A stretch of DNA of 53,002 nt from Candidatus Bipolaricaulota bacterium (GTDB lineage Bacteria > Bipolaricaulota > Bipolaricaulia > RBG-16-55-9 > DRXL01): contig JAUQPG010000005.1 in NCBI GenBank assembly GCA_030550495.1, positions 14,520-67,521 of the forward strand, written 5' to 3'. Made by a program: the position numbers and the translations under genes. The notes beneath the pieces are model-generated. The model was given only the letters and a program-made list of their open reading frames with translations, ran no database searches and was not told where the DNA came from. Shown here piece after piece: positions 38,389 through 47,714 of this stretch (within the stretch, counting starts at the first letter, position 1; every line of letters begins with the position of its first letter).

Positions 38389-40008
38389 ATGGGTGGGTAT
38401 CTCAAAGGGTGTCTTCTCGTTTGTGGGATTCTCTTTGTAGTGACGGGCTGCTGGCCTATGCCCAATAGAATCAGCGTCAGCGCTGATGGGCTGCTTGCTC
38501 TTTCCGTCTCTTCAAGAGAGACTGATGGGTCCTACGAAGCCCTCCCTCAAGCAGGACACGTGTGGCTTATAGATTCTCAAACAGGGCGCGTGCAGACTGT
38601 GCTCACTGAGGGTGAGAATCTCTCGTGGGTGACGTTCTCTCCTGACGGGAACGAGTTGCTCTACGTTGAAAGCCCCAGCGTCGAGCTACCTCAGATTCTA
38701 ATGGGAAAACTCTCACATCCCTGGCGGTTAATGCTCTTCGACCGTCGGAGCAACACTCAAACGGAGCTCTTATCGGGGGATCACGGCTTTATCTGGGCAC
38801 CAACGTTTTCTCCTGACGGGCGCAAGATCGCGTTCTATAAATTTTATCACAATCATACGGGCGACTATCTCAATCTGCATATCTTTGACAGGGACAGCCG
38901 TCAGGAGAGGCTGCTCAAATCCGTACAGGATAAAGAGGGTATCTATTACGCGCCCTACGGGCCGGGGCCCCTGTGGGCTCCTGATAGTCGGGGGGTGTTC
39001 GCTTTCCGTATTGAAAAGATCTTCCCTGAAGAAACTTTGCTCAGCCCAGAGGAGATCACTGCAGAAACAGTACGGATCTTCGCGGGGCGACTCGCTGTGC
39101 TCAGCATTGATTGTGGATGCGAGCACAGCATTGCCAAGGGATTCTTCCCGCTCTTGCCTGTTCCACTCTTTTTAGTAGCATCTCCCGATGGCCAAAAACT
39201 CTATGTCAATGGCTATGACCAGACGTTCTCTGTGAGTGCCCGTGAGCGCGTTAATCTCTACGAGATCAGGGTTGAGACCGGCGAACAAGCGGTGCTCTAT
39301 GACGGGGGTGGGATCGCGCTCGCTCCGGCACTCTCCCCCGATGGGGAGCGCCTGCTCTTCACGGTCATCTCTCCCGAAGAACCCTTGAAGGCCGATCTCT
39401 ATGTGCTTGATCTTACCTCAGCAGCACCCGCCCGGAAGGTGACCGATGACGGGCAGTCGGGCTTTGGGTTCTGGCTCTCTCGCGAAGAGATAGGGTTCTT
39501 GCGCGTAAGAACCCCCCAAGCACTCCGTGGTGAGATCTGGGTAAGAAATCTCAACACTAACGAGGAGCGCAATCTCAGTATGCTCTTGGCTGTGCAAAGC
39601 CATCTTGTGCAGTTGAGCCAAGAGGCAAAAGTCTATGAGAAATCCCTTGAGCGAGTGGAGCGCCAGCTCACAGCCCTGAACGATGCTGTTGCTGCACTAC
39701 CAGGAGCTATAATGGCTCTCTCTGAAAAGCTAGACGCTGCGCAGACGCAGAGCCTTGAAATAGCGAATCGCACAGATCAACAATTGACTAAGCTTGCTCA
39801 AGATATTGGTGCGCTCCTGGCTGATATGAGCGCGATGAAGGCTCAGCTCTCGGGGATAGAAACAGAAGTACAAACTGTCAGTAAACGGCCTGCGCTCTCG
39901 TTCTGGCAGCTTGTGATCGCGCTACTGATCGCTGTGATCGTGATCGTCTGGCTTGTTCGGCGCGCCTTGCACTCGCTCGCTCAGCAGATAGCTTTGCCGC
40001 CCCAGTAA
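38389..40008 (+). CDS. Putative lipoprotein: TolB/PD40-like propeller + coiled coil + C-terminal TM
   Basis: Lipobox VTGC; repeated (F/W/L)SPDG motifs; heptad-like region; FWQLVIALLIAVIVIVWLVRR. Confidence 0.75.
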   Translation: MGGYLKGCLLVCGILFVVTGCWPMPNRISVSADGLLALSVSSRETDGSYEALPQAGHVWLIDSQTGRVQTVLTEGENLSWVTFSPDGNELLYVESPSVELPQILMGKLSHPWRLMLFDRRSNTQTELLSGDHGFIWAPTFSPDGRKIAFYKFYHNHTGDYLNLHIFDRDSRQERLLKSVQDKEGIYYAPYGPGPLWAPDSRGVFAFRIEKIFPEETLLSPEEITAETVRIFAGRLAVLSIDCGCEHSIAKGFFPLLPVPLFLVASPDGQKLYVNGYDQTFSVSARERVNLYEIRVETGEQAVLYDGGGIALAPALSPDGERLLFTVISPEEPLKADLYVLDLTSAAPARKVTDDGQSGFGFWLSREEIGFLRVRTPQALRGEIWVRNLNTNEERNLSMLLAVQSHLVQLSQEAKVYEKSLERVERQLTALNDAVAALPGAIMALSEKLDAAQTQSLEIANRTDQQLTKLAQDIGALLADMSAMKAQLSGIETEVQTVSKRPALSFWQLVIALLIAVIVIVWLVRRALHSLAQQIALPPQ

Positions 40009-40682
40009 AGTGTCGCTATCCCTAAGGTGAGATCGCGATACCCCACAGGGCGAAACCCCGCTTCATAGAGTTCTTCGAGAATCTGAGCACGGTCTGGGAA
40101 GCTCAGAATCGAATCGCGCAGATATTGATAGGGCGCGCGTGCTCCCGTGAGCATCCCTCCAACCCAAGGCACGATATATCGCAGATAGGGGAGGTAGGCC
40201 AAGCGCACGAGAAAACTTCGAGGGACGGAAAACTCTAAGATGAACACCCGCCCTCCTTGGGAGAGCACACGATAGATCTCTCTCAGTCCCTGAGCGCGAT
40301 CTGGGAGATTGCGCAACCCAAACGCTATTGTCGCGATCTCAAAAGAACTTTCGGCGAAGGGTAGCTCCAGCGCATTCCCGTGCACAAGCTGCACTCGCTG
40401 ATTGAGGCCAAGCTGAGTGAACTTATCGCGAGCGATACGAAGCATCTCTTCAGAGAGATCCAGCCCCACAATTTGAATATCTGGGCACGCTCGAGCGAAC
40501 TCTATAACGACATCACCGGTGCCGGTGCACAGATCCAAGAGACGCTCTCCAGGCTGAGGAGCAGCGTGTCGGACAAGCTCGCGCCGCCAGGCGCGGTCGC
40601 GATTGAGACTTAAAATATGATTAGCGCGATCATATCGGTGTGCGACCTCGGAGAACATTTGAGCGATTTCATGAGGGCGCAT
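39981..40682 (-). CDS. menG: Demethylmenaquinone methyltransferase (UbiE/MenG)
   Basis: MFSEVAHRYDRANHILS, LDLCTGTGD, AFGLRN, ILEFS, YQYLRDSI. Confidence 0.92.
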   Translation of the reverse strand: MRPHEIAQMFSEVAHRYDRANHILSLNRDRAWRRELVRHAAPQPGERLLDLCTGTGDVVIEFARACPDIQIVGLDLSEEMLRIARDKFTQLGLNQRVQLVHGNALELPFAESSFEIATIAFGLRNLPDRAQGLREIYRVLSQGGRVFILEFSVPRSFLVRLAYLPYLRYIVPWVGGMLTGARAPYQYLRDSILSFPDRAQILEELYEAGFRPVGYRDLTLGIATLYWGGKAIC

Positions 40683-40685
40683 CGC

Positions 40686-41045
40686 TCACTCTTTGATGAC
40701 GCCACTGATCTCTATGATAATATCGTCGACTTCCAGGCCAGCGAGCTCGCGTAACCGGGCCTTCACTTCTGTGATGGCTTTTTGGGCGGCCTCGTGGATG
40801 CGCGTCCCGTAGACGGCAAAGAGCGCCATTTTAATAATCAGACGCCCGTTCTCCTTGAGGACCTCGATGCCGTCGCCCTTGATTGCCTGAGTGATCATGC
40901 TAAAAAAACTAGAGCTTTCGCGGGCCTGGCGTGGGGTACGCAAGCCCTCCTGCTCGCTAATAACTTTGGCGCAGAGCTGGACAATAGCTCGCTCAGAGAT
41001 GTAAATATCACCAAGTTCACTGCTGATTCTCTTCAGCTCAGCCAT
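40686..41045 (-). CDS. Asp23/Gls24 family protein
   Basis: LGDIYISERAI...GIEV...VYGTRIHEAA...LAGLEVDDIIIEISGV. Confidence 0.85.
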   Translation of the reverse strand: MAELKRISSELGDIYISERAIVQLCAKVISEQEGLRTPRQARESSSFFSMITQAIKGDGIEVLKENGRLIIKMALFAVYGTRIHEAAQKAITEVKARLRELAGLEVDDIIIEISGVIKE

Positions 41046-41049
41046 ACTC

Positions 41050-42570
41050 TTAGGCTATTAAACTTCGCCCTGTCATCTCCTTCGGCTGCTTTAGTCCCAT
41101 CAATTCTAGCAACGTCGGCGCGATGTCGCAGAGCGCCCCGCCGTCAGCGAGCGTGATCTTCCGCGGCCCAATGTAGATGAAAGGGCCGGGGCTGTGCGTG
41201 TGCGCTGTGTGGGGCTGCCCGTGCTCATCTCGCATAATATCGGCGTTGCCGTGATCGGCTGTGATTAAAATTTCTCCGTTCACAGAACGTGTTGCTTCAA
41301 CGACGCGCCCCAGACATTCGTCGACAGCCTCGACAGCTCTGACGGCAGCGTCAAAGACCCCCGTGTGTCCCACCATATCAGGGTTAGCGTAGTTTATCAA
41401 GACAAAGTCATAATGACGACTCGTGATTCTCTCTATAGCTTCGTCGGTCACTTCATACGCGGACATCTCCGGCTTGAGATCATATGTGGCAACTTTAGGG
41501 GACGGGATGAGCTTTCTGTCTTCCCCGGGGAAGGGGGTCTCGCGCCCGTTATTGAAAAAGTACGTGACGTGTGCGTATTTTTCGGTTTCTGCGAGACGAA
41601 ACTGGGTCAGCCCCGCTGTGCTTAGCACCTCCCCGAAGATATTTTTCAGCGCTTCATCGCTGGGGAAGGCTGCTGGAACTGAAAAGCTTTGATCATACTG
41701 GGTGAGCGTGACGAACTCGATCTGTGGGCGTGGCCCGCGCTCAAACTGAGCGAAGTCTTTTTCGGTAAAGGCGCGAGTGAGCTGGCGGGCGCGATCAGGA
41801 CGAAAGTTGAAAAATATGACAGCGTCGCCATCGCGAATCGCTCCCTCAGGATCGAGAATGATGGGCTTAATAAATTCATCGGTCTCGCCGCGCTGATAAG
41901 CTCTTGCGACGGCAGCTTCTGGGGGTCCGTCATCTCTGAAGCCTTCGGCAAAGCGCAGCGCACGATACGCTTTCTCCGTGCGCTCCCAGCGATTATCACG
42001 GTCCATCGCCCAGTAGCGCCCCATGAGCGTTGCAATCTGTCCGAAGCCCCGCCTGGCGCAGAACTCGCGCACCTGCTTGACATAACCAGCCCCAGAAGTT
42101 GGTGGGGTGTCGCGCCCGTCTAAAAACGCGTGAATGTAGAGATCGTAGACGTGCTCGCGCTCAGCAAGCTCTATGAGTGCAAAGAGATGTTCCAACGCAC
42201 TATGCACGCCGCCGTCGCTGACTAGCCCCATGAGATGGAGGCGGCTGTTACGCATTTGTACATGCGCGATGGCGCGCAACAAAGCTCTATTTTTGAAGAA
42301 GCTCCCGTCGGCGATGGCATCGGAGATGCGCGTCGAAGTCTGCACGACGACGCGCCCAGCTCCTAGATTTTGGTGTCCGACTTCAGAATTTCCAAATTGT
42401 CCGTGGGGCAGGCCGACGAAGCGGCCATCGGTGCGCACGAGCGTATGGGGGCAGCTTTCCCAATAGCGATCGAAGTTTGGGGTCTTCGCGAGTGCGATAG
42501 CGTTCCAATCTGTTTCCTGGCGCATCCCCCAGCCGTCTAAAATCACTAGCACATACGGGCGCTTGGGCAT
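41050..42570 (-). CDS. gpmI: 2,3-bisphosphoglycerate-independent phosphoglycerate mutase
   Basis: ILDGWG, GNSEVGH, SDGGVHS, DGRDTPP, AETEKYAHVT, NPDMVGHTG, TADHGNA. Confidence 0.98.
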   Translation of the reverse strand: MPKRPYVLVILDGWGMRQETDWNAIALAKTPNFDRYWESCPHTLVRTDGRFVGLPHGQFGNSEVGHQNLGAGRVVVQTSTRISDAIADGSFFKNRALLRAIAHVQMRNSRLHLMGLVSDGGVHSALEHLFALIELAEREHVYDLYIHAFLDGRDTPPTSGAGYVKQVREFCARRGFGQIATLMGRYWAMDRDNRWERTEKAYRALRFAEGFRDDGPPEAAVARAYQRGETDEFIKPIILDPEGAIRDGDAVIFFNFRPDRARQLTRAFTEKDFAQFERGPRPQIEFVTLTQYDQSFSVPAAFPSDEALKNIFGEVLSTAGLTQFRLAETEKYAHVTYFFNNGRETPFPGEDRKLIPSPKVATYDLKPEMSAYEVTDEAIERITSRHYDFVLINYANPDMVGHTGVFDAAVRAVEAVDECLGRVVEATRSVNGEILITADHGNADIMRDEHGQPHTAHTHSPGPFIYIGPRKITLADGGALCDIAPTLLELMGLKQPKEMTGRSLIA

Positions 42571-42575
42571 GGCTT

Positions 42576-42628
42576 ATTATACACTGTCCTTGTGTGTGCT
42601 TGCTAACAAAGCTTTAAATAATTACAAT
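42576..42628. promoter_or_regulatory. Divergent promoters for gpmI and dtd (probably leaderless transcripts)
   Basis: Minus-strand TATAAT (42576-81) is 5 nt before the gpmI ATG. Plus-strand TTGCTA-17-TACAAT (42600-28) is 4 nt before a dtd ATG. Confidence 0.55.
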
Positions 42629-42632
42629 GAGC

Positions 42633-43103
42633 ATGGCTATGCGGCTTGTGCTCCAGCGGGTCAAAGAGGCGTCAGTTGAGATTGACGGCCAGATCGTGGG
42701 CCGGATCGGCCCAGGGCTTTTAGTCTTCGTGGGCGTGGGCAAGGGGGACACTGAGCACGACGCGATCTTTCTCGCAGATCGAGTCCTGGGCTTGAGAATC
42801 TTTGAAGACGCAGCGGGCAAGATGAATCTCTCGGTCAAGGACGTGCAGGGCGAGCTCTTAGTCGTCTCGCAGTTTACGCTCTATGGGAACACGCAGAAGG
42901 GGCGACGCCCCAGCTTCGACGCGGCGGCGCCGCCTGAGCACGCCCGCGTGCTCTATGAGCTCTTTCTGCAAGAGCTGCGTCGCAGCGGGCTCAAAATAGA
43001 GTCTGGGGTCTTTGGCGCGCGCATGAAGGTCTCGCTCGTCAACGATGGCCCGGTCACGTTTATCTTGGAGAGCGAGCCGGTTGCACAAGAGCGTTCTCTC
43101 TGA
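42633..43103 (+). CDS. dtd: D-aminoacyl-tRNA deacylase
   Basis: [27 protein letters not shown]; start could be 42633 or 42639. Confidence 0.97.
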   Translation: MAMRLVLQRVKEASVEIDGQIVGRIGPGLLVFVGVGKGDTEHDAIFLADRVLGLRIFEDAAGKMNLSVKDVQGELLVVSQFTLYGNTQKGRRPSFDAAAPPEHARVLYELFLQELRRSGLKIESGVFGARMKVSLVNDGPVTFILESEPVAQERSL

Positions 43104-43109
43104 TAGAAT
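43081..43109 (+). promoter_or_regulatory. Promoter for rpmF
   Basis: TTGCAC-17 nt-TAGAAT with an extended TGn. Confidence 0.6.
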
Positions 43110-43184
43110 GTGACTCACGGTAGGCACGGCAATTCCCGCAGAGCAGAAAGCCGTCCTCCATTATCTATTTAAGGAGTTGGGACT

Positions 43185-43382
43185 ATGGGTCAGGGCGTAC
43201 CCAAATACAGAAGATCTCGTTCGCAGAGGCGCATGCATCGTGCGGCAAGCTATCGCTTCACCCCGGTGACGATTGGGGAATGCCCGCGCTGTCATGAGCC
43301 GAAGCTGCCCCATCGCGTCTGTCTTAATTGTGGGTATTACAGGGGGATGGAGATTATCGCGCTAGAGGAGGAAGAACAATAG
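43185..43382 (+). CDS. rpmF: 50S ribosomal protein L32
   Basis: VPKYRRSRS...CPRC...PHRVCLNCGYYRG; SD AAGGAG. Confidence 0.96.
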   Translation: MGQGVPKYRRSRSQRRMHRAASYRFTPVTIGECPRCHEPKLPHRVCLNCGYYRGMEIIALEEEEQ

Positions 43383-44480
43383 CTATCGGGCGCCCTTCAG
43401 GCGCGGGTCCAGGATATCTCTGAACGCGTCGCCGATCAGATTCCACCCCAATACAAAGAGCAGAATAGCCATGCCCGGGTAGACTACAATATACCAATGA
43501 TCGCTCAACCTAGGGATCCAGTCGCGAGCAAAGCTGATCATCTGGCCCCAGTCAGCAAATCCCACCTCGGCCCCTAAGCCTAAGAAGCTCAGCGCAGCAA
43601 AGCTCAAGACATACGACCCGATGTCCATTGAGCCCACGACCAACGTTGGATAGATCGCGTTGGGGATGATATGGCGCATCAGAATACGATGGTGCGGCAC
43701 CCCTAGGGCTTGAGCGGCGTAGACATAGTCGCGCTCCTTAATCGCGAGAATATCCCCGCGGATCAGGCGAGCATAGCCCATCCAGCCGAAGAAGATCAAG
43801 GCGATCATGGCTGTTAAGAGCCCACGCCCCAGCGACGGCTGGAGCACAGCGGCCATCGTTATAGCTGCCACAAGGAAAGGGAAAGCCAGAAAAACATCGG
43901 TGATGCGCATGAGAATCTCATCAATCCATCGGCCAAAGTATGCCCCGATCGAGCCAATCACCAAGCCGATCAAGACGTTGAGCCCGGTGATAACCAAGCC
44001 CACGAAGAAGGCCATGGACGTCCCCCACACGATCCCGTAATAGATATCATAACTTTGGATGAGCCCGAAGGGCCGGGCCTCACAGATCGTCGCCTGCTTG
44101 GTGATGACCTTCCAAATTTGTTCCAAGGGGTTTTCGCCGTTAGGAGGCTGAGGCATATGGGTATAGCCGCACCGGACAATACGATAGGGCTCGCGTGGAT
44201 TCTCCGGGGGAGCCAGCCACGGCGCAGCAATCGCAATGGCCGAAAAGAAGAGTACTATAATGATCCCTATGAGGGACAAGCGATTCCGCAAGAGCTTGCG
44301 CACCCGATACGCCGCGGTGAGAATCGCCGTGACCACGCCAAAGACAAGAATCGTGCTGACGAGAAAGAGGGGCTCCTCAGCCAACCCCAGCTCATAGCGT
44401 GCCACAAACACGATGAAAACAAAGAGTCCCCCAAGCACGAGATAGATCCAGAAGAGAGGATGACGCAGCCACGTCGGCAT
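43383..44480 (-). CDS. Peptide ABC transporter permease (OppC/DppC)
   Basis: MRITDVFLAFP, GWMGYARLIRG, RHIIPN, GDAFRDILDP. Confidence 0.92.
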   Translation of the reverse strand: MPTWLRHPLFWIYLVLGGLFVFIVFVARYELGLAEEPLFLVSTILVFGVVTAILTAAYRVRKLLRNRLSLIGIIIVLFFSAIAIAAPWLAPPENPREPYRIVRCGYTHMPQPPNGENPLEQIWKVITKQATICEARPFGLIQSYDIYYGIVWGTSMAFFVGLVITGLNVLIGLVIGSIGAYFGRWIDEILMRITDVFLAFPFLVAAITMAAVLQPSLGRGLLTAMIALIFFGWMGYARLIRGDILAIKERDYVYAAQALGVPHHRILMRHIIPNAIYPTLVVGSMDIGSYVLSFAALSFLGLGAEVGFADWGQMISFARDWIPRLSDHWYIVVYPGMAILLFVLGWNLIGDAFRDILDPRLKGAR

Positions 44481-44482
44481 AT

Positions 44483-45511
44483 TTACTCCAACCTCACCCG
44501 CGGATCAATGAACGCATAAAGCAGGTCGACGACCAAGTTACCTACGACGAGCAACACCCCGTTAAATAGCGTAAATCCCACGACGCTTAGGATATCAAGC
44601 CGGATCGCAGCATCGGCGGCCCACCGGCCGATCCCCGGATAGTTAAAGATCGTCTCGGTGATGACTACCCCGTTGAGCAAGCCGATCAGAAGCAACCCCC
44701 CCATAGTCGCTACGGGGATCATGGCGTTGCGCGCGGCGTGCTTGTTAATGACGACACTCTCTTTGAGCCCTTTAGCGCGTGCGGTCATGACGTACTCCTG
44801 GCGTAGCGTCTCGAGCATCGAGCTGCGCGTCACGCGCAAGAGTAGCGCCCATTGCACATAGGAGAGCGTGATCACGGGCATGATGAGATGGCGCAGGGAA
44901 TCCCAGAAGACATCGAGCCTGCCGTTGAGCAAAGCATCGATGGTGTACATTTGAGTGTAGCGGATGAATGTGCCGTTGATGACCTCGCGGGTGACCCAGT
45001 CGGAGATCTGCCCTGGGGGGAACCATTGCAACTTCGCGTAGAAATACATGAGCATCAGCAGCCCAAAGACAAAGGTGGGCAGCGACCATCCGACAAGGGC
45101 GAAGACGCGCATTGTGTGGTCGATGAGTTTGTCTTGGTGGACGGCCGAGAGTATTCCCAGCCAGATGCCCACAAGAATAACAGGGAGCATCGCCCAGAGA
45201 GAGAGCTCCACAGTTGCGGGGAGATAGTAGAGCAAGGCTTCGAAGACGGGGCGCTGGGCGGTCTTCGACCAGCCGAGATCCCCCCGGATGATTTGGTTGA
45301 GCCATTGCCAGTACTGGATGTAGATGGGCTGGTCAAGCCCATATTTATGGATGATGCGTTGCATCGCGTCGGGGCTCTTGGGGACATCAGTCAAGTAGAG
45401 GCTGGCGCGCATCTCCGGGGAGAGCAACGAGAAGATCGCGAAGACAAAGATCGTCACTCCTAACAGTAAGAAGGGGAGCAAGAGCAATCGCCGAATAATA
45501 TACGCAAGCAT
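44483..45511 (-). CDS. Peptide ABC transporter permease (OppB/DppB)
   Basis: MLAYIIRRLL, YGLDQP, EYVMTARAKGL, ETIFNYPGIG, DPRVR. Confidence 0.93.
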   Translation of the reverse strand: MLAYIIRRLLLLPFLLLGVTIFVFAIFSLLSPEMRASLYLTDVPKSPDAMQRIIHKYGLDQPIYIQYWQWLNQIIRGDLGWSKTAQRPVFEALLYYLPATVELSLWAMLPVILVGIWLGILSAVHQDKLIDHTMRVFALVGWSLPTFVFGLLMLMYFYAKLQWFPPGQISDWVTREVINGTFIRYTQMYTIDALLNGRLDVFWDSLRHLIMPVITLSYVQWALLLRVTRSSMLETLRQEYVMTARAKGLKESVVINKHAARNAMIPVATMGGLLLIGLLNGVVITETIFNYPGIGRWAADAAIRLDILSVVGFTLFNGVLLVVGNLVVDLLYAFIDPRVRLE

Positions 45512-45529
45512 GATCGCCTTAGCGTCAAG

Positions 45530-45559
45530 AGTATACTATACTTGGCCGGACTCCGTCAA
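45530..45559 (-). promoter_or_regulatory. Internal promoter for the second permease pair
   Basis: Minus strand TTGACG-18 nt-TATACT, directly after the terminator of the binding-protein gene. Confidence 0.55.
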
Positions 45560-45564
45560 GCGCG

Positions 45565-45605
45565 AAAAAACGCGAGGGCCGGAGGCACCTCGCCCCCGGC
45601 CCTCG
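45565..45605 (-). terminator. Intrinsic terminator after the second binding-protein gene
   Basis: Minus strand CGAGGGCCGGGGGC...GCCTCCGGCCCTCG followed by CGTTTTTT. Confidence 0.75.
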
Positions 45606-45626
45606 TCTCACGCTGATCGTAGCGTC

Positions 45627-47474
45627 TTAGCCCTTACTGAGCCAGTAGACATACGTGCCAGGATAGGCCGGATTGTAGAACCAGCCCTTGACCCAGACCT
45701 GCTCGTAGCGCCGCACCTGGAGCTGGATGTTCTGGATGTTGATCGCGTACTCCACGGCCAGGCGGTTGAGCTCGAAGTAGATCTTCTCGGCGCGCCCGCC
45801 CTTCTTCTGATCCGGCTCCTTCTTGGCCTTCACGACCAGGTCATCGAAGAGATCCTGGAGCGTGGGATACTTCTTAGCCTCAAGGAAGGTAGCATAGACC
45901 GGCTTGAACTCTACGTCCTTGAGGGCATCGAAGTTCTGGCCGATGGCGAAGGACCCGGTGCGGAACATATACGGATGGACCCAGTTGTGCGGGTGCGCAT
46001 AGTCTTCAAGCCAGCCGACCCAGAAGACCGCCAGCTCCCCTGCGTCCATAGCCTTCAAATATGTCGGCCAGGGCAGGTCGAGCACGTCCACGGAGAAGAT
46101 CGGTCGCCCGGCGCGCTTCTTGTTCATCTCTTCAAGGTTACGCTCGAGCATCTCCGCGGCGAAGCGGCGCGCTATGTTGCCCTGATTGAACGTCAAGACC
46201 AGGCGCATGCCGTCCGACCAGAGCTTGCCGCCCCAGGCAGCTTTCAGCTCCTCTTCGCACTTGGCCAGGCTGAACTCATAGCCCTTCTGCTCGGGGTTGT
46301 AGCCCAAGCGGCCCTCAATGATCACGCCATTGATGGGCTTGGCTTCACCCAGCCAGGACTCCTTGATGTATGTTGCCGTGTCGAAGCAGTAGTTGAGAGC
46401 CCGGCGCAGGTTGAGGTCAAGCAGGAGATCGGGCTTATCGGCGCCGCCGAGCTTAGGCATGTAGGCGCTGCCCTCCTTCACCTTGAAATTGATGAAGGCG
46501 CTCTGCATGACCGACCCCGGCAGTGGGCCATGCATGCGGGCCTTGCCAGCCTTGACCAAGGGCTCCATAGCCGCTACGAACGGGCGCGGCACATCGATAG
46601 AGTCGGCATCGCCGGCCTCGAACATCGCCAGCCGCGTGCCCCACTCCGGCACGACCTTCCTGATGTAGTTCTTGATGATAGCTGGGCGCTTCGCTAGGCC
46701 GCCCCAGTAGGCGTCGTTGCGCTCCAGAATAAGCTCTTTGCCCTTGTCCCACTTCACCAGCTTATACGGGCCGGTGCCGTTGGCAACGTCAAAGAGCTTG
46801 GAATCTTCCGCCTTGGGGTCCCACCACTTGCGCCAGTTGTCGCACTTGCCGTCCCAGTCGCCGCGGGCGATGGCCCACTCCTTGTCAATAATGGACGTCC
46901 AGCTCCCGGCGAGAATCTGCAGGAACGGCCCGAAGGGCGAAGCCAGCTTGATCTCGACCGTATCAGGGCCGGTGACCCGGATCGCGTTAAGCACTTGCTG
47001 ACAGGCTTGAGCATCACCCACCTTCTTAGCCAGCTCATCGATCGAGGCGACGTCAAGGACGTGCTCGATGATCATGTGGATGGGGCCGCCGGAACGATCT
47101 TGCAAGAGCGCTCGCTGGAAGCTGTAGGCCACGTCCTCAGGGGTGAGGTCGCCACCTTGATGGAATTTGACGCCCTTGCGAATCTTGAACGTGTAAGTGC
47201 TGCCATCGGGAGAGACCGTCCAGCTCTCCGCGAGCATCGGCACGAACTTATCAATTGCCTCGCCGTCGTAGAAGACCAGGGTCTCGTAGATGTTGAAGAT
47301 CGCCGTCGCGCTCGCTGTGTCATAGTGCCAGGCTGGATCGAGGGTCTCCAAATCGCCAATGACTGCCTCAATATATGTATCCGGGTTCTTCACTTGCTGT
47401 GCGAGACCGCTCGTCACCCCGAGAACCAACACCAGACTTAGGGCTAAAGCTCCCCATCTCCAAACTGCCTTCAT
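45627..47474 (-). CDS. Family 5 extracellular solute-binding protein (DppA/OppA)
   Basis: Signal peptide; TLDPAWHYD, IYETLV, LAESWTVSPDG, GTGPYKL; strong SD. Confidence 0.93.
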   Translation of the reverse strand: MKAVWRWGALALSLVLVLGVTSGLAQQVKNPDTYIEAVIGDLETLDPAWHYDTASATAIFNIYETLVFYDGEAIDKFVPMLAESWTVSPDGSTYTFKIRKGVKFHQGGDLTPEDVAYSFQRALLQDRSGGPIHMIIEHVLDVASIDELAKKVGDAQACQQVLNAIRVTGPDTVEIKLASPFGPFLQILAGSWTSIIDKEWAIARGDWDGKCDNWRKWWDPKAEDSKLFDVANGTGPYKLVKWDKGKELILERNDAYWGGLAKRPAIIKNYIRKVVPEWGTRLAMFEAGDADSIDVPRPFVAAMEPLVKAGKARMHGPLPGSVMQSAFINFKVKEGSAYMPKLGGADKPDLLLDLNLRRALNYCFDTATYIKESWLGEAKPINGVIIEGRLGYNPEQKGYEFSLAKCEEELKAAWGGKLWSDGMRLVLTFNQGNIARRFAAEMLERNLEEMNKKRAGRPIFSVDVLDLPWPTYLKAMDAGELAVFWVGWLEDYAHPHNWVHPYMFRTGSFAIGQNFDALKDVEFKPVYATFLEAKKYPTLQDLFDDLVVKAKKEPDQKKGGRAEKIYFELNRLAVEYAINIQNIQLQVRRYEQVWVKGWFYNPAYPGTYVYWLSKG

Positions 47475-47580
47475 GGCGCTACCTCCTTTTTTGGTAATGG
47501 TGTGGGTGATGGAAAAGCGTTAGATCTTTGGACTCGACAACCACCTCCTTTTAAGCCACCCTTATATGGGCTTTTTCGGC

Positions 47581-47618
47581 TGTAACTTATGTTACACCTA
47601 GGGCCGAGGGATTGTCAA
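47581..47618 (-). promoter_or_regulatory. Promoter with a palindromic operator over the -10 element
   Basis: Minus strand TTGACA-18-TAACAT; inverted repeat TGTAAC-TTAT-GTTACA at 47581-47596. Confidence 0.6.
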
Positions 47619-47714
47619 GAGCCAGGGCCCTTTTTTTTTGTCCATCAAAATTGAGAATTGGCGCGGGCGATGATATGGCTTGACGTGCTCGCAAATTTTA
47701 TGCACACTGATTCT

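Noticed and set aside
45510-46697. 395-aa plus-strand ORF
   Set aside because: Antisense shadow of the GC3-biased binding-protein gene; no recognisable motifs or SD.
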